Positions 1 through 17,974 of a DNA stretch of 64,000 nucleotides are shown here, piece by piece (position 1 is the stretch's first letter; each line of letters begins with the position of its first letter). Under the pieces are notes generated by a model. The model was not told where the DNA came from and made no database searches. It was given only the letters and a program-made list of their open reading frames with translations. The position numbers were made by a program, and so were the translations under genes. Where the stretch lies: NCBI RefSeq assembly GCF_009914755.1, contig NC_060925.1; one strand, written 5' to 3'. Origin of the DNA: the human T2T-CHM13v2.0 reference genome, Homo sapiens.

Positions 1-149
1 ACCCCATTTTATAGGTGAGATTGCTAGCTCCCACTTCCCCAGTAGTGCCTCTGTCTTCTGTGACCCTTAGACTTCCTCCAAAAGCCAGAAACCACCTGCA
101 TAGGGCCATCAGGCCCTTCACAGCTGTGGCAGACATGCAGGTGTGCACA

Positions 150-153
<4 letters not shown>

Positions 154-191
<38 letters not shown>
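154..191. repeat. (GT)n microsatellite
   Basis: About 19 GT units. Confidence 0.95.
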
Positions 192-194
<3 letters not shown>

Positions 195-1740
195 GGGGGT
201 GCTTTGGAAACCAGCATGGGTCTGTAGACCTTCTCTGCTCTTGAAGTAAATCTCTAGACATGGTTAACAGAGGGAGGGCTGTGCTTGGCAGCTTGAAAGA
301 AAATAATTACTAATTCCCACCACTCAGTCTGGTGTGGTGGTGCACACCTGTAATCCCAGCACTTTGGAAGGCCCAGGTGGGAGGATTGCTTGAACCCAGA
401 AGTTGAAAGCCAGCCTGGGCAACATCGTGAGACCCTGCCTCTACAAAAAAAAAAAAAAGAAAGAAAGAAATTAATTAAATAAAATAAAAAATAGCCGGGT
501 ATGGTGGTGTCACCTATAGTCCTAGCTACTTGGAAGGCTGAAACGGGAGGATCACCTGAGCCCAGGAGCCCAGGATCACCCCACTACACTCCAGCCTGGG
601 CGACAGAGTGAGACCTTGTCTTCAACAATAACAACAATAACAACAATAACAAAACCAAAAACTTCCAACCCTCCATGTCCAGCCTCACCAGCAATTTCTG
701 AGCATAGAAATTACTGTGTGTTGCCAGGTAATATTCTCTCTCTCTCTCTCTGTCTCCCCCGCCCCCCACTTCCTCCCTCCCTCCCTCCCCTTGCTTAGGA
801 ACAAGGGACTCTGAAAGGGTCACCTTATCCTTCCTACCACCTCCAGAAAGAACTGTGCTTCACCCATATTTTCCCCATCGCTGGCATTCTGGTGACAGCA
901 TTCAAGTCCCTGGATCCAGCAATGCCTGATGTCAATCTACTTTGGACTTTGCAGTTATGTGAGCCAATAAATCTGCCCCTTCGACCTCTTTTTCCCCAAA
1001 GCAACTTAATTAGATTTCTGTCACTTCCATTCTAAAGATTCTTAACTGACAGTCTCCAAAAGAAACTGCCTGCCTTTTTCTTAGAAATGTTTGAAAACAA
1101 GATATTTCAGCCCTCGATAACAGCCGGAGTCTCAGAGTCTTTGCAGACAAATGTCCTGAACATTGTCTGATTTAACTCTCTCCTTTTGTAATGTGAGTTA
1201 GTCCCCTTTGGTCAGACAAAAAGCAGAAAATGTGTTCAACAACCTTAAGGAGCTGGAGAGAAAAATCAGAAGCCTGGCTTTCTTCATGTCTCTCAACAGC
1301 AGGGGCATGGCTCAGCAGGTGTGAGGCTGCCGGAGAAAGGATAAGAGGTCCGTCCCAGAATCTCGCCCTATCACCCAGGCTGGAGTGCAGTGGTGCAATC
1401 TCGGCTCACTGCAACAAACCTCCACCTCCCGGGTTCAACAGAGTCTCATCCTCAGCCTCCTGAGTAGCTGGGATTACAGGCGTGTGCCACCACACCCAGC
1501 TAATTTTTGTATTTTTAGTAGAGACAGGGTTTTGCCATATTGGCGAGGCTGGTCTCAAACTCCCGGCCTCAAGTGATCCGCCTGCCTCAGCCTCCCAAAG
1601 TGCTGGGATTACAGGTGTGAGCCACTGCACCCAGCTGAAAGCATGGTCTTAAAATGAATGATGATGATGGGGAGTATTGGAGGAAAGGGGTGGGGGCATC
1701 TTCTTCCTCGTTAGTTTCTACAGGATCCATAATTTCCTCC

Positions 1741-2790
<1,050 letters not shown>

Positions 2791-3382
2791 TGGTTCATTA
2801 CACCCCCTTACTCCCTCATTTCTGTTCATTGCCACATCTCCAAGGGCCACCACCACTCTCTATTGTTCTGATGATTTTCAATGTCCAACAAACCGCCCCA
2901 AACTTAGTGGCTTAAAAGAACAATCACTTGATTGTATCTCGTGGTCCTAGGGGTGGATGAGGCTCAGCTGCATGACTGTCACTTGGGGTCTTTCATGTGG
3001 TTGTAGTCAGATGGCGGCTGAGTCAGGAGTCACCTGAAGATTTCATCCATGCCTCTTACCTGGGCTGCAATGGCGAGGACAGATGGAGGCTGGTCCATTG
3101 TGTCTCTCTCCATGCAGCCTCCTTGTGTGGCCAGCCTGAATTCCTCAGTGGTGATGGCCTTCCCCACAGCAAGTGGTCCAAAGTGGAAGCTGCCAGTCCT
3201 CTTCTAGGAACTGGCCCGGTGTCTCCTTCATCATTTTCTATTGGTTAAAACAGTCACAGGTGGCCAGACGCGGTGGCTCATGCCTGTAATCCCAGCACTT
3301 TGGGAGGCTGAGATGGCCAGATCACCTGAGGTCGGGAGTTCAAGACCAGCCTGAACAACATAGAGAAACCCCATCTCTACTA

Positions 3383-3541
<159 letters not shown>

Positions 3542-4526
3542 TCAAAAAAACCAAACCAAACCAAAAAAAAAAAAAAAACAGTCCCGGGGGCCGGGCACCA
3601 TGGCTCATACCTATAGTCCCAGCACTTTGGGAAACCAAGGCAGGAGGATTGCTTGAGCCCAGGAGTTTGAGATCACCCTGGCCAGCATAGCCAGACACGA
3701 TCTCCACTAAAAATAAAAACAAAAATATTAGCTGGTCATGGTGACCTGCGCCTGTAATCCCAGCTACTTGCAAGGCTGAGGTGGGAGGATCACCGGCACT
3801 CCAGCCTGGGCGACAGAGTGAGATCCCATAACAAAACAAAACAAAAATAGTCACAGGGAAACCCATACATAAGAGAGTAGAGGAATGGATTCTGCCTCTC
3901 AGTGGGGAACTACATGCATCTATAGGAAAGGAGAGAATTGGTGGCCACCATCCTGAAGATGAACGACCTCATCCATTAATCAGATTCTCTCCCAGAGGCA
4001 ATGCGTTATTGAGGCTGCTGGCTTTGAGCCATTCACTTCCAAGCTTCTTTCTTGTAGCTGGCGCTGTGAGCCACTGAGTCCCAAACCTGTGTTTGGTATC
4101 TGGACGCTCAGTGCTGGCCTTTCTCTTTCTGAAGATGACTCTGTGTGTACTTTGTTTATTAACTCTGCTCCCTTCTCCCTCCTCTTGATACTGTGCCTTT
4201 TTTTTTCTCTCTTTCTTTCTTTTTTTTTTTTTTTTTTTTTTGACACAGGGTCTTGCTGTGTCCCCCAGGCTGGAGGGCAGTGGATCAATCATCTGCACAC
4301 TGCAGCCTCCACTTCTTGGCCTCAAGTGATTCTCCCACCTCAGCCTCCCAAGTAGCTGGGACCACAGGCCTGTGCCACCACACCCAGCTAATTTTTTGGT
4401 ATTTTTTGTAGTGACAGGGTTTCACCAGGTTGCCCAGGCTGGTCTCGAACTCCTGAACTCAAGCGATCCTCCCATCTCAGCCTCCCAAACTGCTGGGATT
4501 ACAGGCGTAAGCCCCCACACCCGGCC

Positions 4527-5049
4527 TGCGTTGAGTCTTCTAAGCCTCCCTTGCCCTGTTGACCCTGCTCAATACCTACAGTGGCAGCAGGAGGTCTGCT
4601 GGAATTTGGTGGCTTTTTTCTACTTGCGGGTTATCTGAAGTTTATTGTGTTCTGTCTCCTAGTAATGTTGAAGGATTGAGTCATGGCTTCATTTGCATTC
4701 TTTGTTGACCTTATACATTTAGGTGAGGATGCATTCAAAGATTTTAACTCAGATGGCCACCATTAACCTTGCTAGTACACTTTAGCTGTATTAGCTCAGC
4801 CTTCAAAGCATCCCTAGGATAAATTATTACCCCCATTAAATGGATGAATATCCTTGATAGATGGTGGTTGCCTTTCGTGCTGGGAATCTTTAGTCGCCCG
4901 TGCAGACCCCTCTCCATCCTTCCCTCCCCTGTTCAACGCTCATGAGGCTGACTTTTATGGCTTATGTTGGATTCAATGAATGGTGGTGAGCGGCAGAATA
5001 TCAGCAGGAGAAAGAGAAGAGAGGGAGTCCAGGGTGTTTTTTTCTGCCA
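4527..5049 (+). repeat. Copy 1 of a local ~520-bp duplication
   Basis: Collinear with 9622-10143. Confidence 0.9.
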
Positions 5050-6870
5050 GCTCTGACTTGCCGTGCCACCTAGCGTTGGCACCTACCACTTCCCCAGCTC
5101 TCTCTGTGTCAGGATCCTGCAGACTTAAGGGTGGCAATCTGGCTGCTGCTGTTTTCCCTGGGCACAATTTCTAGTGGTTTCTGTATCTATCTGCATTTAT
5201 TTATTTTTATTTTTCATATTTTTTTAGACAGGGTCTCACTCTGTCACCCAGCTTGGAATGCAGTGGTGTGATCATGGCTCATTGCAGCCTCCAACTTCCT
5301 GGGCTCAGGTGATCCTCCTGCCTCAGCCTCTCAAGTAGTTGAATCCACAGGCATGCACCACCATACCTCACTGATTTTTTATTTTTTTTAGAGATGGGGT
5401 CTCACTGTGTTGCCCAGGCTGGTCTCAAACTCCCGGACTCAAGGGATCCTCCCATCTCAGCCTCCCAAAGTGCTAGGATAGCAGGCATGAGCTACTTCAC
5501 CTGGCCTCTGAATGCCTTTATACACTATGCCTATATCTTTGTAAAGTCTTTATTAACGTTTCTTGAATTGTCCTAATGTGAGTGTGCTATTGGTTTTCGG
5601 CTAGGACCCTCACTGATACCTTTATCATCATCACCATCATCATGGCCATCAACATGACCTCCACCACATGTTTTCGAGCTTGAGCTTGGTGGCTGTTCCT
5701 CCCAGTTACACCTGCTGTGCCTGCCGTTTGGACAATTCTCATAGTTTGTCGGGGCAGGGCTGGTTGAGCTAAGCCCTCTCTTTGGGTTGGGGAGAAGGGA
5801 GCATCCCAGGCCTGAAAATGGGGCAGGAGGAAGCCAGGGTGGTAACAGGATGGCTCTGCTAGGGACTTATTTTAAGGTAGCTCTTGGGGGCCTGTCAACC
5901 ACCCACAGCCGCTATCTCCCACAAGGCTCCCAGGACATACAGTCTGGGGGAGTGAGGGTGCCTCACACATACCTTTCCACTGAGCTCTCCTTCCCAGCCT
6001 GGCTGCTCTGGCCTGCAGCACTGGAGCTGGGCCATCAGGCGCTCACATCTTCTTCCTGCTGGAGGGGCCGGAGTGGGCTCAGAGGCTCTAGATGGCTCTA
6101 GATGGCTCTAGATGGCCATGGATCAGGGAGCAGCTGGCCAGCCTCCAGTTCTCCCCAGGACAGAACAGCACCTGTGACCTGTGTCCTGACAGGGAAAGGG
6201 AGGGCAGGCAGGGCCACTCAGAGGTGGCACCCAACAAGCTCTCTTTCCCTAGTCGCTGCATTTATCCTTGGAAAGGCCCTAATTCACTCATTCATTCCAC
6301 CAAGATTTACTGAATGCCTACTCTGCTCTAGATACTGAGGATACAGTAACGAACAAAAGAGATAACATCCCTGTCTTGGGGGAGCTTCTGTTCTAGTGGA
6401 GGGGAGATGAACAATAACCCAAATCACTAGAGTATTTTGTGTCTTAGAAGGTGACCATGCTGGCCAGGTGCAGTGGCTCACACCTGTAATCCTAGCACTT
6501 TGGGAGACCGAGGCAGTTGGGTCACCTAAAGTCAGGAGTTCGAGACCAGCCTGGCCAACATGGCAAAGCCCCGTCTCTACTAAAAATACAAAAATTAGCT
6601 GGGCGTGGTGGTGGGTGCCTGTAATCCCAGCTACTAGGGAGGCTGAGGCAGGAGAATCCTTGAACCTGGGAGGCGGAGGTTGCAGTGAGCCAAGATGGCA
6701 CCACTGCACTCCAGCCTGGGGGACAGAGTAAGACAAAAAAAGGAGAAGGTGTCCATGCTTGCTAAGGAGGAAAACGAAGCAGAGTGAAGGGAGGGGCTGC
6801 TGGGAGTTGGGCTTTTAGCAGGAAGGTCAGGGAAGAGCTCACTATGGAGGTGTGTTGGAACAAAGACTTA

Positions 6871-7044
<174 letters not shown>

Positions 7045-7171
7045 CTATAGTCCCAGCTACTTGGAAGGCTGAGACAGAAAAATCGCTTGAGCCCGAGAGA
7101 TAGAGGTGGCAGCAGTGAGCCAAGATTGCACCCTTGCACTCCAACCTGGGTGACAAGAGTGAAACCCTGCC

Positions 7172-7203
<32 letters not shown>

Positions 7204-7528
7204 TATTTAAGGACACAGGCCAGGCACGGTGTCTCATGCCTGTAATCCCAGCACTTTGGGAAGCTAAGGCGGGAGGATCACTTGAGCCCAGCCTGGGTAA
7301 CATAGCAGTGAGACCCTTATGTCTATAAAAATAAAAGAGAATTTAGAAGATATTTAATGGAACAGTGTTCCAGGGAGGAGGAACAGCCAGTGCAAAGGCC
7401 CTGCGTGTGTCTGAAACATACAAGAACCAGAAGGCAGTGTTGGGGAGTGAAGTGAGTGAGGAGAGACACGTAGGAAATGGCTCAGAGAAGCCGTCAGCGT
7501 GCGACAAAGCACAGCCTTCCAGGTATGA

Positions 7529-7822
<294 letters not shown>

Positions 7823-8282
7823 TGATCTGCCCACCTCAGCCCCGCAAAGTCCTGGGATTATAAGCATGAGCCACCGTGCCCGACCAGCCATGGAGTGTAT
7901 TGAGCCAAGGAGAAATATGATCTGACTTTGATTAAGTGTGGCCATGCCTGTCTGGAGAGCTGGCCCCAATATCTGGCTTCTTCTGATTCTTTCCATCCCC
8001 TTCAGAGGTCTGCGTCCCAGCCCCAAGGGACTCCTCCTCCAAGCTTCTAAGTTTTAACAACTTCAGCCTCTTTCCTTCGTTGCCCTTGTCCAAGGACGGT
8101 AGCTACTTCCTGCAGTTTCTCTGTCCGTGACACTTAGTGTTTTCTCTTTGCCTTTTCAAGTTTTCAATATCTAGTTAACACTTTTATATACTAAGTTCTC
8201 TCTGTTAGAATAACTGGCATGGTTCCTGTCTCCAAGTGGACCCTGGCTGCACTCTCAATGGTAGACATCCAACTGTGAATAA

Positions 8283-8414
<132 letters not shown>

Positions 8415-8417
8415 TAG

Positions 8418-8606
<189 letters not shown>

Positions 8607-8639
8607 TGATCTTGAAGTTGGTTGCAAGGAAAATGCCTT

Positions 8640-10143
<1,504 letters not shown>

Positions 10144-10750
10144 CACTGCAGTCCCCGAGGAGGGCCACACAGCGCACGTCCCAGCCGGGCATTGTTAACT
10201 TAAACTATGGTGTGAACGCCGCTGCCTCTCACTCATGGGTCACTGTGAACAGCAAACACATGGCACCTTGGATCCTGCAGACACGCTGGCAGTGGAGAAA
10301 GGGAGGGAGCCAGCCACGCCTGGGGGTCACTCTCATGAATGGCGTAGAGTGGGGGCCACACGTGAGGACAGGAAGCATGAATGGCCGTCCCAGAACATCC
10401 ACATGAGGGTTATTAATAGAGCCGTCCCAGGAGAGGACGCACTGTGCTTGGGAGGGACAACCGAGGAACAGAGCCGGCTGGACCGTAAGAAGTCCTGTGA
10501 CATGTGGGAAATGAGGGAGGCGCTGGCAGGCTACCAAAGGCCCTCTGGCTGCCTCTCCTCCCTGACCTTACTCCCCAGTGAAGGTGGCCACTGCCACTCG
10601 GGCTCTGCGTTCTAGGCCCTCTGAGGCTGGCTGCATCCTCCTGGGTGTGCTTGATGACCCAGGAGCCATGTCCCTCCATTTAAAGGGCTGTGCGGAGCTT
10701 GAGGGGCTGGGAACATAGGCAGGCCATGACTGGGAAATCAGACAGGGCCA

Positions 10751-11178
10751 TTGTGAGTTGAATCATGTCCCCAAAATTCATGTCCACCCAGAACCTCAGT
10801 GTGTGACCTTGTTTGGAAAAGAGATCTGTGCAGATGTCATTTGTTAGGATGAGATCATACTGGATTAGGGTAGGTCCTGGTCCAATACGGCTGATGTCCT
10901 TGTAAGAAGAGGAGAGATGCAGACACAGACAGGCAGGGGGGAGGCTGAGTAAAAGCCGAGGCAGAGGCTGCAGTGATGCATGTACAAGCCAAGGAACACC
11001 CCTGATTCCCAGCAACCCTGGAGGCTGGGAGAGGCAAGGACGGCCCCTCCCTAGAGTCCTCAGAGAAGGCATGGCCCGGTCCACGGTCACAGCCTGTTGG
11101 CCTCTGGAACCGTAAGGAGACCATTTCTGTTGTTTGAAGCCACCCACTTTGCGGTGCTTTCTTAGGACAGCCACAGTA
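10751..11178. mobile_element. MLT1 (MaLR) LTR
   Basis: GTCCCCAAAATTCATGTCCACCCAGAACCTCAGTGTGTGACCTTGTTTGGAAA...TTGTTTGAAGCCACCC. Confidence 0.7.
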
Positions 11179-12865
11179 AACGAACCCAGGCATCTTGTAT
11201 TTGCAAAGGGTGTTTGCTGTGGGCCTCACTGCATCCTTAGTTTTGCTTTAGGTCTTTGGGAGACTTGGCCTGTCCTGGGGCAGCCCCATGCAGCGGTGAT
11301 GCAGAAGTCAGGACCTGCATTCGGCCTGCCTGGGTTCGAATGTCAGTCCGGCCTCCTCCTAGTGGCGGCAGATTGAATCTCCAAAGATGGCCACGAGCTG
11401 CCCCACCCCATGTGCTCCCACCATGGGACACCGACACTCCTCCCATCGGAAGCAGAGTCCACGTTCCCTCCTCTTGAATCTGGACAGGCCTGGGCCTGTG
11501 GCAGAAGTGACGCTCTGTGACTTCTCAGACTAGGTTATAGCATTGAAGTAGCTTCCACTTTCCTCACCAGAGCACTTGCCTGGGAGCCCTGGGGCAACCA
11601 TGGTGTGAGGAAGCCCAAAGCCACCGCTGGAGAAGCCCTGAGACTCCATGAAGAGAAATGCCTGGCCAGTCCCCTCCTGTTCCGACTCCAGCCACTGTCT
11701 GACTGCAGTAGCATGAAAGACCCTGAGACAGAGCCACACAAAATCCCAAATTCTGGCCAGTCGCAGCAGCTCACGCTTGTAATCCCAGCACTTTGGGAGG
11801 CCAAGCGGGCATATCACTTGAGGTCAGGAGTTTGAGACCAGCCTGGTCAACATGGCAAAACCCCATCTCTACTAAAAATACAAAAAATTAGCCGAGTATG
11901 GTGGTGGGCACCTGTAGTCCCAGCTACTGGGGAGGCTGAGGCAGGAGAATTGTTTGATCCTGGGGAGGCAGAGGTTGCAGTGACCCGAGATCGCGCCACT
12001 GCACTCCAGCCTGGGTGATAGGACAAAACTCCGTCTTTAAAAAAAAAAAAAAAATCCCAAATTCCTGATCCATGGAAATCAAGAGCGGGAATAAAATGAT
12101 TGTTGTTTTAAGCCACCAAGTAATTTGGGGCTAATTTGTTACATAGCAACAGAAAGTGAATACAGGGGAGTACCATGATTTCTGTTGTATAAATGAGGAA
12201 AGTGAGGCATCCGTTCATCCATTCAACTATTTATTGAGTGCTTGCTATATGCCAAGCACTGTCTGAGCACTGGGATCACAGCAGAAACAAGGAAAACAGG
12301 ACCCCTCATTTATGGAGCACAAGATACAGACAGGCTTAGTAATGGCTGAACTTTAATCTAATCTAATCTAATCTTCAATTCTGTGATCCTAACGCCCAGG
12401 GCTTTCTCACCCTACAAAGAAAGTCCTCTGAGGTTGAATTCTTGTCTCTCACCCCAGCTTCTTCCTCCAGTGGAGGTGAGAGAGAGAACTGAACCCTTCC
12501 CGTTGGAAGTTCAGCTCCATTCCCGGGGTGAAGAAGGCAGACAGTGTTTTCTGCCCCACGTTACCCTATTGTTGGGGGTAGCATCAGGCACTTGGGCTCC
12601 CAGAGGAAGCTTTGAGGAGGGAGGAGAGTGGCGGGAATGTCCCAGGGTGTGAGCACTTGGGGAATAAAGCCAACCAAGAGCTTTTGCCTCGCTCCCCAGC
12701 ACCTACTGTGCTTATCTTAATGGGATCACTTTTCTAGCATGATGTGAAGTAGCTTCGGGCAGAACTCCAAACCTTAGAGAGATCATTTGAAAATACCATT
12801 TGGGCTGGGCGCAGTGGCTCATGCCCATGATGTCAGCACCTTGGGAGGCCGAGGCAGGTAGATCA

Positions 12866-13227
<362 letters not shown>

Positions 13228-13871
13228 AAATTGTTCATCATAAGTGACAGATGACTCCTGTTCTCGGGAGCCCATCAGCCATCAGTCTGTTTTTTTGTCT
13301 CTGACTGTGGGGTGAGGGTCATATTCAAGCCATTTATTCAAGAACCACGCGACTCCCTGCTTGACTTAGATCCCAGTTCCAGCAGAGCTGTCTGCTGTGC
13401 TCTGAGAGCGAGCAGTTCCTTCTGTCTGGGTGAGTTTTTAAGTTCATGCTCACAGGCTGGTCCCCGTCACCAAGACAGGTCCGCTGTTCTCAGCCTCAAA
13501 AACAAACAAATGAACAAACAAGAATGAAGAGGACTATTTATTTATTTATTTATTTCAGAGACAGCATTTTGCTCTGTCACCCAGGCTAGAGGGCAGTGGC
13601 ATGATCACAGCTCACTGCAGCCTCAAACTCCTGGGCTCAAGTGATCCTCCCACCTCAGCCTCCTGAGTTGCCAGGACTACAGGCGTGCAACACCACAGCC
13701 CAGCTAACTTTTTTTTTTTTTGTAGAAGTGGGGGTCTCCCTATGTTGCCCAGGCTGGTCTTGACCTCCCGGGCTCAAGGGATCCTCCTGCCTCAGCCTCC
13801 CAATGTGCTGGGATAACAGGCATGAGCCACTGCACCCGGCCAAAGGGAGCTTTAAAAAGCATCCAGAGCAA

Positions 13872-16800
13872 CTTCCGCAGGCAGCTGCATAAGCTGCGGT
13901 ACCGCCGGACGTCAGAGCCACCTTGGCGTTCACCCTGGGCTCTGCCTATACACTTGGCTGGCCACCCCGAGTCACCAAGGACAAGGGTCCTTCCCTCAGA
14001 ACCCTGTCCCACAACCTGGTCAAAAACTCCAAGAAGACCATCAGGCACCAGCATGTCACTCTTAAGAAGTACAACCCCCCCAAGCTGGCAGCACCGGGGC
14101 CAGCTGCCCCCTGAAGACCAAGGGGACGAGATCTCAGTGTCAGAGGAGCTGGAGCCCAGCACGCTGACCCCGGCCTCAGCTCTGAAGCCCTCAGACGGCA
14201 TGACCATCAGCAGCCTGGTGGAAGAGGCTTGCTGCCGCAACTAGCAGTACCTCGGGCTGGGCACCCTGAGCAGCAGCCTGAGCTGGGCCAAAGCTCTTCC
14301 GCATTTCTCTGGACAACCGCATGTTGACCACCAACTGCTGCAGCTACCCGGGGCTGCTGATCGTGCCCCAGGGTGTCCAGGACAATGCCCTGCAGTGGGT
14401 GTCCCACTGCTACTACCAGAACTGCTTCCCCGTAATCTGCTGGTGCAGCGGGTGGTCCAAGGCAGTGCTGCTGCGCTCTGGGGCCTGCAGGGCAGAGGTG
14501 TCCTCGGCCTCTTCAAGGCCCAGAACGCACCTTCTCCAGGCCAGTCCCAGGTGGACTCGAGTAGCCTGGAGCAGGAGAAGTACCTGCAGGCTGTGGTCAG
14601 TTCCATGCCCCACTATGCCGACGCGTCGGGACGCAACATGCTTACCGGCTTCTCCTCAGCCCACATGGGCAGTCACATTCCCAGCCCCAGAGCCAGGGTC
14701 ATCACACTGTCCAACCCCATGGCGCCCTTGCCCTCCAGATGGACTGCACCCCGAAGTAAGTGGGGCAGTGTCCAGACCAGCGGGCGCAGCAGTGGGCTTG
14801 GTGCCAATATGGGCTCCTGGTTAGTTGGCAGAGACGTGCTGGCCCCACCCCAGGCAACAGGGCCCCCTCGCCCACCCGGGCTTCCTGCGGCTGCAGCGAG
14901 TAGCCCTCTACGTCCTCGGGAACAAAGCCCAGCTCAAGGGTGTGCGGCCAGACTCCCTGCAGCAGTGGGAGCTGGTGCCCATTGAGGTATTCGAGGAACA
15001 GCAGGTGAAGGCCAACTTCAAGAAGCTGCTGAAGGCATGTGTCCCGGGCTGCCCCGCTGCTGAGCCCAGCCCAGCCTCCTTCCTGTGCTTGCTGGAGGAC
15101 TCGGAGCGGCTGACCCCAATCCACAAGCTGCTGCAGGTGCCAGTGCTGGTGGTGGAGCCCCTGGATTCAGACTCCTCTGTGCTGGTGGGCCTGGAGGATG
15201 GCTGGGACATCACCTCCCAGGTGGTATCCTTGGTGCAGCTGCTCTCAGACCCCTTCTATTGCACGCTGGAGAGCTTCCGCCTGCCAGTGGAGAAGAAGTG
15301 GTTGTCCTTCAGTCATCCCTTCAGCCACCGTGGAGCCCACACCCTGGCTGGGCAGAGCAGCGGCTTCACACCTGCCTTCCTGTAGTTCCTGGACTGTGTA
15401 ACACCAGGTCCATCTGCAGTTCTCCATGGAGTTTGAGTTCAGCCAGTTCTACCTCAGGTTCCTCGGCTGCCACCATATGTCCCGCCGTTCCGGACCTTCC
15501 TACTTGACTCTGACCCTGAGAGCATTGAGCTGGGGCTGCTGTATGAGGAGAAGGGGGAACGCAGGGGCCAGCTGCTGTGCAGGTCTTTGTGGGAGTGTGT
15601 GGACCGGCTGAGCAAGAGGACGCCCATGTTCTACAATTACATGCATGCACCCGAGGACACAGAGCTCCCGCAGCCCTACAGCAACGTGTCCAACCTGAAG
15701 GTGTGGGATTTCTACACTGAGGAGATACTGGCCAAGGGCCCTCCCTATGACTGGGAACTGGCCCAGGGGCCCCCTGGGCCCCTGGAGGAAGAACGGTCTG
15801 ACGGAGGTGCTCCCCAGTGCAGGCACCGCGTGGCGTGGCCCTGCTACGACAGCTGCCCCTGACCCCAGCCTGATGCTATCTCACTTCTGCTGGAGGAGCT
15901 GCAGAGGCTGGAGACAGAGCTGGGCTAATGCCCTCAGTGATGGAAGGACACCTGGGACCAGGTGAAGGCTGCACAGCGCCTGGAAGGCTGGCCAGACGGA
16001 AGTGGCACCCCTAGCTCCCTTCTAGTGTCCACTGCACCCCACCACCACCGTTCCTGGGTGTGTGACTGCCGGAGGGGCCCGTGGGCTCCACCCTGAGCCT
16101 CAGCCTGGACAGCGACCAGAGTAGTGGCTCGACCGCTTCTGGCTCCTGCCAGGCTGCCCGCCACAGCACCAGCACCCTGTGCAGCCAGTTCCAGAGAGCT
16201 GAGAGTGAGAACGGGTCCAACGAGGGCACTCTGTAGAAGAAGGAGGCCTTCATGAAGCCTTGGAAGGCCCGCTGGTTCATGTTGGACAAGACCAGCACCA
16301 GCTGTGCTACTGCAACCACTGTGTGGACACAGAGTGCAAGGGTGTCATCGACTGGCGGAGGTGGAGGCTGTGGCAGGGGCACGCCCTAAGACCATGGATG
16401 AGAAGGCTTTCTTTGACGTGAAGACAACACTTTGCGTTTACAACATCTGTGCCCAGGATATGCCCTTGGCCCAGCAGTGGGTGGACGGGATCCAGAGCTG
16501 CCTGTCAGACACCTGAGCCTCCCGGCCCCGCCCAGCTGCTCTGCTTCCGGTCGTTACTGACCACTAGGGGTGGGCAGGGCTGCCCCAGCCATCTTTACTG
16601 CCCCAGCCCTCAACAATATTGAGGCCCTGAGCCCCCAGCACATGGTGCATACAGCCCCTGCCCCATCCCGCCCCGCCCCACCCAGCTGGCCCTAACTTAT
16701 TTTGGGGTCACAGCTGAGCACTGTCCCTGGAGGTGACCAAGGTACAGCCCGCAATGGGCCTGTAAATAGCCCAGCCCTGTCAGCGTGTGCTGGTCCAGCC

Positions 16801-16885
16801 AGCCGGCTGCAGGCGAGTTGTTTCTAGAACCAGAGTCTATATAAACAGAGAGCTAATGCCAAAAAAAAATAATAAATACATAAAG
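13872..16885 (+). pseudogene. SBF1P2: 5'-truncated processed pseudogene of SBF1/MTMR5 (inactive myotubularin phosphatase domain, coiled coil, PH domain, 3' UTR)
   Basis: Intronless, frame-broken peptides match SBF1: [73 protein letters not shown]...IQSCLSD* (stop 16514-16516). Several stops and frameshifts; TATAAA at 16840, A-tail from 16861; degenerate TSD AAAGCATCCAGAGCAA (13856-13871) / AAATCATACAGAGCAA (16886-16901). Confidence 0.93.
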
Positions 16886-17974
16886 AAATCATACAGAGCA
16901 AGACAAATCATCCAGAAATCACCTCCAGGGAACTGAAGCACTTATTCCAGGACATTTGACCCTGCAGCCTGGTCCCTCTCTCCCTCCCTCCCGCCTCCAT
17001 CTTTCCCCCCTTCCATCTTCTGTGTTCAGATAAACACCAAGAGCCTTCAAAGAGCCCCCGGGAAATAACTCAGTTTCTTGGGCACATATCAGCTGCCATG
17101 AATGGTTCTACACACTGAAGTCCATTATCTCAGTGACTGCGAGGACTGAATGAGCACAGCCTGGAGCTGAGTCAGTGTTCCATAAAAGTTGGCTCTTATT
17201 TTTATTATACTGGACACAGAAAGGCCAGATGCCTTCCCCAAAGCCCCTCCCTGTGGGTGGCAGTGGCCCAGGAAGTCTGGCACTAATGTCAGTGCTGTCA
17301 CCTGCCACTCTGTCCTCAAGGGCCTCTGGGACATGCTGGGAAGGCAGGCCGTGAGCCAGATGTTGCAGAGCTGGGCCCTGAGACGCTGTCCCTTCAGTGA
17401 CCTTTCCTGTCCAGGGCCCACAGCGGAAGCTGACATGTGTGCTGCCCCTCCCCTCCGCTCCCCTCCCCTCCCCACCCCATTCTACTCTATGGGCTTTGGT
17501 GGGAAAAAAACCAGGGCCCCATCCCCTGAGGCCTAGGCCAGTGCAGACATAGACCTCGAACTCTGCCCAACATGGATGGCCTCTGCCCAGGTGTGGGAGA
17601 ACAAAGGCAAGGAAAGGCTCAAGGAACGTTCCAGGCATCAGGAAGCCAGGCTTCCCCTTCAGGGCTGTCGAGTGCTCAGGTTTCTATGCCTGTCAGTCAC
17701 CAACACTTTTGCAGTGGGCAGCTACTATGTGCCAGGCACAAAGGGTAACTGGGCACACCTCTTTTCTTGGAATGGGTCAGAGGTTGTCATCAAGGAGGTG
17801 ATGTTTAAACTGAGCTCAGGGGAATAAGGAGGAGCCAGGGTTCGGGGAAGAGCATCCCAGCAGAGGACAGAGCCAAAGCCAGCGCTTGAGGAGGCAGGGG
17901 TGGAAGGAATGTAGTGGTTTGAGGAGCCCTGGCAGGCTGGTGGGGCTGGAGAGGGAGGGTAGGTGGGCTAATTA

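Noticed and set aside
6084-6116. (GGCTCTAGAT)3 tandem repeat
   Set aside because: Short slippage repeat without spacers; not CRISPR-like and no functional cue.
14395-15385. 196-aa and 186-aa ORFs as a functional SBF1-like gene
   Set aside because: Fragments in different frames separated by frameshifts and stops; 5' truncated with no evident promoter or proper start.
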